A stretch of DNA of 64,000 nucleotides from Candidatus Binatia bacterium (GTDB taxonomy: Bacteria > Desulfobacterota > Binatia > Bin18). The translations under genes and the position numbers were made by a program. Shown here one piece after another: positions 41,365 to 49,752 of this stretch (its first letter is position 1; the number at the start of each line of letters is the position of its first letter). The stretch is taken from contig CAXXHG010000022.1 in NCBI GenBank assembly GCA_963666315.2, forward strand, positions 40,343 through 104,342, given 5' to 3'. The notes under the pieces are model-generated. The model was not told the DNA's origin, ran no database searches, and saw only the letters and a list, made by a program, of their open reading frames with translations.

Positions 41365-43095
41365 TCAGAGTGGCGCCTCCAACAAAGTTTTGAAAAAACC
41401 CTTTGCCGCCTGAATTTCTTTGAGCAGGTCTTGCCGATTATCCAGTAACGTCTCCTTTGGAATCGCATCAAAATTCGGCATTTCCAACTTCTTAGCCAGA
41501 TGCTCCATATTATCCTCGGTCAGAACGGTTTCCATATCTTCTAGTCTGGCCAGCCACGTTGCGGCAATTGTTCTGGATTGGGCGCTTTGCGCAATGCCCG
41601 GGCGGTCCTTGAGGCTCACATAGATCGGGGCGGAATGCACAAGACTCGTGGGTTTGAAGGAACTCCAATATAAAGGAGTCGCCATCGTATTTTCTTTGGG
41701 CTTCTCTCCGTAGCCGCGCACGGCGAACCAGGACGCTTCATTCACCAGATGACGAGCGCTGAATTCGATTCTGTCTGCACCCTTAACCCGGGAAAAGCGC
41801 TTGATCACATTACCGTTGTGCACAATTTCAACAATCGACAGATCATCCCTCTCAGGATCAAACACCACACGGCCTGTGAGCTGCACCGAAGTGGCCTGCT
41901 CAAGTACGATGTCACTGCCTATCTCTTGGCCATTGACCTGAAACTCGACCAGCGGACCTGTTGTGACAAAGGTGCGGCCTTTGCGCACTCCTTCCAGCCA
42001 ATTCGCGTAGGTTAATGGACCCTCGACTTTGGTATAAAAGCGCTCATGACCAGGGATGGTTTGTCCGCCACACGGATAGTCCGTCCCCGCTGTGGGAGTC
42101 ACTCGGAAACCCAGCCCGAGAACATCGTACCAGGTCTCATAATCACTCCGATTAAATTGCAACACCTCCACAAAATGCAGCAGATTATGGGGCAGGACCA
42201 CCGCCATACCATCGTGAGGAGCAACAACAGAACCGTTTGGAAGATAGGCATGGGCAAATCCATTGATTGCCCCTTGCTTTACTGTTTCCTGCCACAGCAA
42301 ACGATAAATGAGATATTTCTCAGGGCTGTGGTGAGCGGTGTCTGCGCCCAGCGTAATCGTGTGCCCCAGAAAGTGGCTGCGAGGATTTTCCTGGCCGGCT
42401 GCCAAGATGTAATCGCCCTCCTGATAATGGCTGTCCGGGCCATGGGCATGCTGCAGGGCAATGGTGAAATTCTTGACCTTGCCCATTTGCAGCAGGTTGG
42501 CCACATGAATGTCTTCGGCCTGCATCATTTTGGAGATATACGGATTCAGCTCTGGGTCAGGTCTTGGGATATGCAAATGATCATCCGAACTATACCAGCC
42601 GTTTTGCGGCAGGTTGCTCCAGCGGGTGAGTTCTATAGTGTGCTGGACCGTTTCTGCGGCTTTGATCTCTACCGTACCACTACCCACTCTGTATTCGGGA
42701 CCTTTGAACACTGTGATAGTAGCCGCACCGGTTGGCAGCGGAATCGATGACTTTCCATTGCTATAGAACTGGGTAGACTGCGTATACGGATTGTCGAGTC
42801 TGTCAGAAAAACCCGCCAGTGTGGACGCCAGGTCCACATACCCCGCGCCTTGATCACTCATGTCACAATCGCCACCAACCAGCAGCGCGTCCTCGGCAAC
42901 ATGATGCGTCCCATCTGCAGCGTGAATTTCCACTCGTGCAGGGATAGACTCCCCGGTGACAGCGTCCGTGATCTTCAGCTGTAAGGTCCCCGTTGGCTCA
43001 GTGGCGAAGAGAGGAGTTGAGAACGCACCCAGTACGCACAAGAGCAATGCCACGATTGAAGGCGTCCGATATGGGAACCATTTCGCTGCGTACAT
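41365..43095 (-). CDS. Secreted CehA/McbA-like metallohydrolase (PHP-type)
   Basis: Signal-like N-terminus, KGPEY, GWYSSDDHLH, FAHA, TAGTD, GRTFVTTGP, HSAPIYV. Confidence 0.75.
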   Translation of the reverse strand: MYAAKWFPYRTPSIVALLLCVLGAFSTPLFATEPTGTLQLKITDAVTGESIPARVEIHAADGTHHVAEDALLVGGDCDMSDQGAGYVDLASTLAGFSDRLDNPYTQSTQFYSNGKSSIPLPTGAATITVFKGPEYRVGSGTVEIKAAETVQHTIELTRWSNLPQNGWYSSDDHLHIPRPDPELNPYISKMMQAEDIHVANLLQMGKVKNFTIALQHAHGPDSHYQEGDYILAAGQENPRSHFLGHTITLGADTAHHSPEKYLIYRLLWQETVKQGAINGFAHAYLPNGSVVAPHDGMAVVLPHNLLHFVEVLQFNRSDYETWYDVLGLGFRVTPTAGTDYPCGGQTIPGHERFYTKVEGPLTYANWLEGVRKGRTFVTTGPLVEFQVNGQEIGSDIVLEQATSVQLTGRVVFDPERDDLSIVEIVHNGNVIKRFSRVKGADRIEFSARHLVNEASWFAVRGYGEKPKENTMATPLYWSSFKPTSLVHSAPIYVSLKDRPGIAQSAQSRTIAATWLARLEDMETVLTEDNMEHLAKKLEMPNFDAIPKETLLDNRQDLLKEIQAAKGFFKTLLEAPL

Positions 43096-43373
43096 GATCT
43101 CCCCCCTTTTGACCGTACTGTGTATCAACTGTCCGCGTAACACGCCAGCAGAAACGTTGGTTCGTACGTGTCTCTGACTTTATCTAGTTGATCACGCAGG
43201 CGCGTGGATGGCGGCGTACCGGACGAAGGACAACTCAACGGAGAGAAGAAAGCGAAGTTAAATACGGCCACGTACGCTGCCTTTTGATAAACCAACAGCC
43301 ACCAGCCGATTTAGGACAGAAATGGCCCGAAGGAGGAACTCCCTAAGCCACTGGACTCTAAGGAGAAAAGGAG

Positions 43374-43420
43374 TGGAGCCAATGAGAATTGAACTCACGA
43401 CCACTTGAATGCCATTCAAG
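43374..43420 (-). pseudogene. 3' fragment of tRNA-Ala(GGC), att-site remnant
   Basis: CTTGAAT-GGC-ATTCAAG TGGTC GTGAGTTCAATTCTCAT TGGCTCCA gives anticodon arm, T arm and acceptor 3' strand; no D arm or 5' strand. Confidence 0.75.
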
Positions 43421-43628
43421 TGGCGGCTGCGACACCTGCCTACTCCTGCCTAACAAACCCAGTCATTTTAGCGCCCGCCTCGTTTTTTGTTATGCAGTGA
43501 TTGGTTTACGTAGGCTGCAGTACACTGACAAAAGGCGGACAATGACCGTCTCAGTCGGATTGAAGTGAATACGCCTGTACATTGGGCTACGATAATTCCT
43601 TTGCCAAAGCTATGCACCGTTGTATACA

Positions 43629-44669
43629 CTATTGGCGGAAATGCGGCATAACCTCTTTGGCAAACAGTTCCATTGAACGGCGTACCTTTTGCGGATCGAG
43701 TCCGGCCATCTGCATCCACATGACCAGGTGGGTCACGCGCGTTTCCTGGCGGTAGCGTTCGATCTCTTGGATCGCCGCGTCGGGTGTCCCAATGATGAGC
43801 GGCGCTTGGAAGAAGGAGAGATCTCGGACATGGCGCATCTCACCAGGCGGGGGGACACTCGGTCTGGACATGACCGAAGCACTCCAAGGCAAGTCGTCGG
43901 CCTCTTTAAAGCGTCGGTCGTACGAACTCATCATATAGTGCAGATGCGGCTCCACGTCGTCCCACGCTTTGTCTCGGGTCTCCGCAACATAGACCGCTCG
44001 CAGCTGCGCAATATGATAGTCGTCTGGACGCCGACCATGCTGCTGCAATCCAGCGTCATACATCCGCTGTAAGTCCGCACCACCACTCCCTCCCAAGTGA
44101 TAGCCAAGGCGCGCCACTCGGGCCACCGATTTTTCGGCCATCGCCGCAATCCAAATCGGTGGGTACGGTTTCTGGACCGGCTTCGGAGCTAGCACGACTT
44201 CGCGCAGATTGTAGTGCGTGCCGGCAAAGGAGAAGCTGTCTTCCGTAAAACAGCGCCGGATAATCTCAGTGCCTTCTTCAAGGCGAGAGGCCCGTTCGCG
44301 CCGCGGAATGCCAAAACTGGCAAATTCGCTCAGCCAATACCCCTGCCCGATGCCGAGGTCGAGCCGACCGTCCGAGATGATGTCAACGGTCGCCGCATCT
44401 TCTGCCACGCGGACCGGGTTATGCAAAGGCAGGATGATGATATAGGTCCCCAGTCGAATGCGACTCGTTTGCATAGCGATAGCGGACAAGATCGGGAAGA
44501 GGGACGGCGCCCAAGCATCGTCAGCAAAATGATGCTCAGTCGTCCAGATATGATCGTAGCCCAACTCCTCCGCCAGGACGGCTTGCTCGATATGGTCCTG
44601 GTAGAGCTGCGGAAAAGGCACCGCCCATTGTTTTGGATTCCGAAACGGTAAAAGCAAGCCAAAATCCAT
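43629..44669 (-). CDS. LLM class flavin-dependent oxidoreductase
   Basis: MDFGLLLPFRNP, IWTTEHHF, NPVRVAED, PVQKPYPPIW; paralog of 6433..7446. Confidence 0.9.
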   Translation of the reverse strand: MDFGLLLPFRNPKQWAVPFPQLYQDHIEQAVLAEELGYDHIWTTEHHFADDAWAPSLFPILSAIAMQTSRIRLGTYIIILPLHNPVRVAEDAATVDIISDGRLDLGIGQGYWLSEFASFGIPRRERASRLEEGTEIIRRCFTEDSFSFAGTHYNLREVVLAPKPVQKPYPPIWIAAMAEKSVARVARLGYHLGGSGGADLQRMYDAGLQQHGRRPDDYHIAQLRAVYVAETRDKAWDDVEPHLHYMMSSYDRRFKEADDLPWSASVMSRPSVPPPGEMRHVRDLSFFQAPLIIGTPDAAIQEIERYRQETRVTHLVMWMQMAGLDPQKVRRSMELFAKEVMPHFRQ

Positions 44670-44773
44670 CACGCCCCCTTGTCCCGTCGGCATTCTCACT
44701 ATCGGAGTCTTGACAACCGGTGTGTACCCAGAGTCAGGCAGCGGTGCTCCGAGGTGACAATTGTCTCTTCAGC

Positions 44774-44942
44774 TTAACTGCTCCAATACCGTTTTTGTCT
44801 CTTGCAAGTCCGCCGTGTCAAACCCTTCCGTGAACCAATTATAGACCGGCGCGAGAAGATCGTGGGCTTCGGTTGTCTTCCCTTGCCCCTGCCACAGCCG
44901 GGCCAGGCTCGTGGCGGCGCGCAGTTCCCAGGATTTGGCTTC
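44774..44942 (-). pseudogene. 3'-tail remnant of an adenylate cyclase-AAA-TPR gene
   Basis: AKSWELRAATSLARLWQGQGKTTEAHDLLAPVYNWFTEGFDTADLQETKTVLEQL; 116 bp (44824-44939) identical to 46622-46737. Confidence 0.85.
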
Positions 44943-44955
44943 TGCAAAGACCGCG

Positions 44956-45396
44956 CTACACCCACTCTTCCTCAGTATGGAGGCGGGTCAAGTGGATCTT
45001 CTTAAGCTTCCACTGGCCGTCTTCCTTCACATAGTCTTCCTGGTAGTGTCCCCAGCCCTTAAAGTGGCACGTCGGTAGGCGCACATCGTCGAACATCGAC
45101 CAGACCCCACGTGCAGTAGTTGCGCTAGTCAGCTCGATTTCCGGCATATACCCCTGATGGATCGATTTGGCGCCGGTCATCAGACTCCGGATCCCGTCCA
45201 CCAGCGCGTCGCGCCCCGTGATCTCGATGTCACGCGGCAGATCCTTGCTCGCCCGTGGCGCACCCTCGTATAGCGCCGAAACATCAGCAGTAAAACATTC
45301 CGGGAAGAGGTCCCACTGCTGCGTGTCCATCAATCGGAAATAGCGCGCTTTGAGTTGCCGGATGGCTTCCACATCGTTGAGTTGGTCGCCGGTCAT
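44956..45396 (-). CDS. SnoaL/NTF2-like (BaiE-like) protein
   Basis: EAIRQLKARYFRLMD, HQGYMPEIEL, ARGVWSMFD, GWGHYQEDY. Confidence 0.85.
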   Translation of the reverse strand: MTGDQLNDVEAIRQLKARYFRLMDTQQWDLFPECFTADVSALYEGAPRASKDLPRDIEITGRDALVDGIRSLMTGAKSIHQGYMPEIELTSATTARGVWSMFDDVRLPTCHFKGWGHYQEDYVKEDGQWKLKKIHLTRLHTEEEWV

Positions 45397-45491
45397 GTCT
45401 TGCTCCCTTCGGCTGCGTGTTCTTTGGTCTTCCGGCACAGAATACGTAACCACTCCGCACCCAACAAGTTATGATATTTTCTGTCCTTGAG

Positions 45492-45923
45492 TCACTCCAC
45501 CTCCCCATTCTCCATCCAACCCGCATAACTCGGGATCCCCGCCGGTTGATGCACCCAGCCATGCCGGCGTCTGCCGTAGACGGCCACATTCGGAGCGGGG
45601 AATCGGAGGTCTGTAAGGCAGCCCACGGCGACCACGATCTGACCACTCAGGGTAGGCAAACCTGGGATCACCCAATAGACCGTGGTCCCACAGGTCGGGC
45701 AGAAGTGAAACTCAATAACGAACCCTGCCTCGCCCGTGCGCTGATACACGTGTGTTTCACCGTCGATCGTGACCTTCGGGCGCTCAAACAGAGCCGCGAG
45801 ACTATACGTCGTGCCCGTGCGTCGCTGACATAGTTCGCAATGACACATCACCACCTGCGTAGGGTCTCCTTCACAGCGCACCTGAAGCTGCCCGCAATGA
45901 CACGCAGCCGTTTGTTGTTTCAT
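45492..45923 (-). CDS. GFA/CENP-V family Zn-binding protein
   Basis: CHCG...CHCELCQRRTG...FCPTCG. Confidence 0.9.
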   Translation of the reverse strand: MKQQTAACHCGQLQVRCEGDPTQVVMCHCELCQRRTGTTYSLAALFERPKVTIDGETHVYQRTGEAGFVIEFHFCPTCGTTVYWVIPGLPTLSGQIVVAVGCLTDLRFPAPNVAVYGRRRHGWVHQPAGIPSYAGWMENGEVE

Positions 45924-45997
45924 TCCGTCCTCCTCGTAATCGCTCTAGCGAGAAAGGCGTATGCTCAGCATCTCCCCGCTGCAAGGATCAACGAGTC

Positions 45998-46387
45998 TTA
46001 TGCCTCGGCGAGATGGAACCACGGCAGACGTTCCTCTGGAAAATACTGTCTCCTGCTCGGCTGCAGCCGCGCGGCGTGATCGAACGCCCCGACAGGGAAA
46101 TGCGTTTCCGTCGGCCCAGGGAGACTTTCGCAAGTCAAAGTGGACCCGCACCGGGGGCAAAATCCGCGCCGTGTTCTGCCTGGCGTAGAATCGAACTTGG
46201 TGATCTCGCCTTTGGTCACGGTATACGCCTCGCAGTCGAATGCCACGAAGACAGAAACCGGCGCGCCACTATGCCTGCGACAACTTTGGCAATGACACCA
46301 ATATACCCCCTTCGGTTCACCCGTTGCGATAAAACGGACCGCCCCGCACAGGCAGCCCCCTTCAAACTGCTCGGTCGTGCCGCTCAT
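45998..46387 (-). CDS. GFA/CENP-V family Zn-binding protein
   Basis: GGCLCG...CHCQSCRRHSG...FCPRCGS. Confidence 0.9.
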   Translation of the reverse strand: MSGTTEQFEGGCLCGAVRFIATGEPKGVYWCHCQSCRRHSGAPVSVFVAFDCEAYTVTKGEITKFDSTPGRTRRGFCPRCGSTLTCESLPGPTETHFPVGAFDHAARLQPSRRQYFPEERLPWFHLAEA

Positions 46388-46566
46388 GATCTGATCCTCC
46401 TACCTCGCCTTGGAATCAGTTAGTACGTCGGAAAAAGGCCGTGCCTTCTCCGGCCCCTAACCGCGCTAATCTATCTTACATATGGGCCTGCCGATAGCAA
46501 ATAGACAAAGATGAGCGGTAAGCGTTTCTTGGGAGCCCCTGAGCTGGCCTTGGAGCCAGCAATCAG

Positions 46567-46929
46567 TCATGAGAGTTGGTCGAGCAGCGCCTTCGCGTCT
46601 TTCAAATCCGCCGTATCAAAGCCTTCCGTGAACCAATTATAGACCGGCGCGAGAAGATCGTGGGCTTCGGTTGTCTTCCCTTGCCCCTGCCACAGCCGGG
46701 CCAGGCTCGTGGCGGCGCGCAGTTCCCAGGATTTGGCACTCTGGTGGCGAGCAACTTCAAGAGCGGTGTGAAAAGCGGCTTCTGATTCCGCATGATTGGC
46801 TTGCGACTGCTGGAGCAACAGCTCGCCCTTGAGGCGGTATAGCTCGACTTCGTAGTAATGCTCCTCCGTTTCGTGCACTATATCTAGCCCTTCTGTTACT
46901 GCCTGCAGCCCTTCCTCACTCCTCCCGAC
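46567..46929 (-). pseudogene. C-terminal TPR portion of an adenylate cyclase-AAA-TPR gene, cut by IS6
   Basis: ELYRLKGELLL...AKSWELRAATSLARLW...FTEGFDTADLKDAK; begins at the IS6 left end. Confidence 0.85.
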
Positions 46930-47768
46930 GGTACTGTCAGCTTAACGAGGGGTTTGCCAACTATTGGTGTCTTATGCCGTGACAAGGGCATGAGTTCCTG
47001 TAGTACAAGTCTGTATAGAAGGCACCGGTTTCCGCCCGAAATCACCGCCCACGCGGTCTGGCTGTATCACCGTTTTAGCCTCAGTTTTCGTGAAGTCGAA
47101 GAACTCTTAGCCGAGCGCGGTGTCACCGTGAGCTATGAAGCCGTGCGTCAATGGTGTCTCAAGTTTGGCCACGCGTTCGCCCAGAAGCTCCGACACCAGC
47201 GAGGACGCCCGGGCGATACGTGGTATCTGGACGAGGTATTTATCCGCATCAGGGGCGAGCGCTACCACCTGTGGCGCGCTGTAGATCAAGATGGCCAGAC
47301 GCTCGATATTCTCGTGCAGAAACGGCGCAATACCGGAGCGGCCAAGCGCTTCTTTCGGAAGTTATTGAAGGGTTTACGCTATGTGCCCAACCGCCTCATC
47401 ACCGATAAACTTCGTAGTTATGGGTCAGCCCACCGAGATATTATGCCGTCGGTGACTCACTGCACCACGCAGTACGCCAACAACCAGGCCGAAGTCTCTC
47501 ATCAACCGACTCGGCAACGCGAACGCCACATGCCCGCTTCAAGTCTCTACGACACGTCCAACGCTTCCTCTCTGTCCATGGACCGATCAACAACCTCTTT
47601 CGAGTCGGTCGCCACCTCATGAAGGCAGTCCACTGTCGGTTGTTCCGAGACAAGGCATTTGCAACCTGGCGGGACGTGACCACGGGGCTGGAAGTGGCGT
47701 AAGGATGCCCCTCATCTTACCTCACACTACGTGATTTTCGCACTCTGCCCCGATAACTTGACAGTACG
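46930..47768. mobile_element. IS6-family insertion sequence (~839 bp)
   Basis: Imperfect terminal IRs GGTACTGTCAGCTTAA / ATAACTTGACAGTACG (12 of 16 match) around an IS6 transposase. Confidence 0.85.
46990..47702 (+). pseudogene. IS6-family DDE transposase, frameshifted near 47533
   Basis: YRRHRFPPEI, SFREVEELLAERG, WYLDEVF, LWRAVDQDG, ITDKLRSY, NNQAEVSHQPTR; the RFKS continuation is in another frame. Confidence 0.88.
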
Positions 47769-48486
47769 AGTGATAAGTATCGGTGCTAATGACCAGGGTG
47801 TCTGGTGCTGCTTGGCCTTGCACGCGGGCCGCAATATTCGGTGTCTCTCCCAGGGCCAATTGTTCAGTATGTTCGCCACCACCCACTGCGCCAATGACCA
47901 CGGGGCCGGTGTGCAGACCAATGCGGGCTTGGATCGGCTGAGCCAGCTCAAGTCTCGGTAAGGCCGCCAGGATGTCCAGCCCGGCTCTGACTCCCCGAAT
48001 CGCATCGTCTTCATGCGCCGCTGGGTAGCCGAAGTACACCAGGATGCCATCCCCCAGGTATTGGGCGATATCACCCTCGTAGCGTTCAATGACTTGCCGA
48101 CACGCGTCTTGATACGTGCCGACTATGGCGTGTAAGTCTTCCGGGTCGAGTTGTTCGGAGAGTGTCGTTGAGCCCACCACGTCGCAGAACATGACCGTCA
48201 GTTGGCGGCGTTCGCCTGCGGAAGTCTCAGGCAGAGCACAAGGTGGTGTTGGGGCCGTTGTCTCAGCCGGCGGACTTACGCCGTCACCGGAGATGGTATC
48301 ATCATTCCAGACCAAGACTTTGCCATCTTCATCAACGGCTACGCGCTCGCCTATGATCAACTCGTCCTTAAGGGTATCCAGCGACTCCTCGTCAAGCTTG
48401 AATTACCGCTTCAGGGTCCGGTACGTGACCCGACCCTTGCTCCGCAGCACTGCCTTCGCTTGCTCGATCACCTCAAGAAAATCCAT
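47769..48486 (-). pseudogene. N-terminal adenylate/guanylate cyclase portion (TAA at 48403-48405), cut by IS6
   Basis: MDFLEVIEQAKAVLRSKGRVTYRTLKR*...ERRQLTVMFCDVVGST, YLGDG, RIGLHTG, NIAARVQ. Confidence 0.85.
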
Positions 48487-48885
48487 GTGCCCCGCCTGTC
48501 GCGGGGATTATAGGCAACATCGAGGCTGATGAACAGAGTTGCGCTACTCGCTCAAGTTGCGACCACACTGCCGACTAAGGCTACGCTGTCGCGCACATCA
48601 GAATGAGCAGTGAAAAGTGCGCCGCATGCGTCGCAACCGTCACACAAAACACGGGTGATTCTTATCACGATGTTAAGATGTGGCGTCACCGTGGGACCAA
48701 GGGGAGCGGCAAGAAGGAAGGCGTTGTTGAGTAGAAACAGAGTAGAAATATTTGGTGCGAAACCAGGTCAAACGAGAGAGATGGGGAACAATAGGAAACG
48801 TGGGAGATCACACAGGTATACCAGCGAAGACGCAGGGTCACCGCTAACTAGCTGCTTTCGATTGAGTTTTACCTTGGGGGCCTTT

Positions 48886-48930
48886 GCGGGTTCGAAGCCC
48901 GTTGCTCTATCCAGACTGAGCTAAGGGCGC
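48886..48930 (-). pseudogene. 5' tRNA-Arg fragment with a TCG anticodon arm (att site)
   Basis: GCGCCCTTAGCTCAGTCTGGATAGAGCAACGGGCT-TCG-AACCCG, then no T arm or acceptor 3' strand. Confidence 0.75.
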
Positions 48931-48995
48931 GTAGATGAGAAAAGCGAACGCTGCAAGCGAGAGGGCTGACCAAAAAGGGTCCGCTAGGGCTTTCG

Positions 48996-49025
48996 TTATA
49001 CCACACGCCGCCGGGAGATCGCAAC
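48996..49025 (-). promoter_or_regulatory. Candidate sigma70 promoter of the ancestral tRNA-Arg locus
   Basis: Minus strand TTGCGA-18bp-TATAAC with an extended -10 TG, ~65 bp upstream of the tRNA 5' fragment. Confidence 0.45.
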
Positions 49026-49158
49026 TCGACCCTTTTGTTACCATTTTTTTTTGACAGTTCTTATTGTGAAACTTCTGTATACGCACCCTGCTTCAGTTAC
49101 TATACCGGCAAGAGGGAACTTGCCGTCCTAACTACCGTTCTTCCTCTAGGAGGCTGTT

Positions 49159-49752
49159 ATGTGTGGGGGATGTGTTCGTCTTTGTGCTGTATTGATTGGT
49201 CTTCTTATTCTCGTTTTACCGCAGCGACTCTTGGCCACAACCGTCCTTTCCCAAAGCTTTCCGGACCTGGTGCATAAGGCCGAGGTTATTGCCGTCGGAA
49301 CCGTAACAGGCATCAATAATCACTGGGATGCCGCGCACCGGGCACCATTTACTGTTGTTACCTTCTCGAACTTGAACGTACTGAAAGGCACGACCGAGGG
49401 AGACACCCTCAGCTTGTATTTCCTTGGCGGTATCACCCCAAAGGGACATACGATCTCCGTTCATGGCGTTCCACGCTTTTCAATAGGTGAGAAAAACATT
49501 GTCTTTTGTGTAGGCAATCAGCGCAATTTCAGTCCATTAGTCGGCGTGTGGCAAGGCCGACTGCGCGTTGCTTTTGATACGCAGCGTCAGGTCGAAACGG
49601 TTCAGGACAACTTCAATGCCCCGATTCTGGGCGTTCAGAATGGACAGTTTTTGAAAAAGACTCCGGGCAGCCAGGCTCGGCAACAACAATCGGTTTCTCT
49701 GTCTTCTTTCTTGCAGTTGATCCAAAATGAGCTGGGGAAGGACAATGACTAA
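49159..49752 (+). CDS. Secreted uncharacterised protein coupled to the metalloprotease gene
   Basis: Signal-like N-terminus; TTVLSQSFPDLVHKAEVIAVGTV...GG...GVPRFSIGE; AGGAGG RBS; overlaps the next gene. Confidence 0.7.
   Translation: MCGGCVRLCAVLIGLLILVLPQRLLATTVLSQSFPDLVHKAEVIAVGTVTGINNHWDAAHRAPFTVVTFSNLNVLKGTTEGDTLSLYFLGGITPKGHTISVHGVPRFSIGEKNIVFCVGNQRNFSPLVGVWQGRLRVAFDTQRQVETVQDNFNAPILGVQNGQFLKKTPGSQARQQQSVSLSSFLQLIQNELGKDND

Larger units (their letters stand above)
38305..48933. mobile_element. ~10.6-kb integrative element bounded by a 30-bp direct repeat of the tRNA-Arg 5' end
   Basis: GCTCTATCCAGACTGAGCTAAGGGCGCGTA at 38305-38334 and 48904-48933; integrase domain at one end; GAGTAGAAACAGAGTAGAAAT inside both ends (38380-38400, 48729-48749). 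Confidence 0.8.

Noticed and set aside
41322-41471. 50-aa N-terminal extension of the Sel1-integrase ORF given in the ORF track
   Set aside because: It overlaps the upstream hydrolase gene; the signal-peptide-like sequence starts at ATG 41321.
43629-46387. Integron cassette array (short co-oriented genes near a tyrosine recombinase)
   Set aside because: No attC-like RYYYAAC...GTTRRRY structures seen between the genes, and the integrases lack the IntI-specific insertion.
44824-46737. DGR template/variable repeat pair
   Set aside because: The 116-bp copies are identical with no adenine-specific differences, and no reverse transcriptase is present in the window.
435-48405. Stop-codon reassignment (several in-frame stops fall at probable Tyr positions: 435, 18260, 32916)
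   Set aside because: Other stops correspond to probable Trp (35847), Gln (48403) or Glu (37268) codons, both TAA and TAG are involved, and both terminate many intact genes here. Point mutation or error fits better.
48886-48930. Functional tRNA-Arg(TCG)
   Set aside because: No T arm or acceptor 3' strand follows the anticodon arm; treated as an att fragment.
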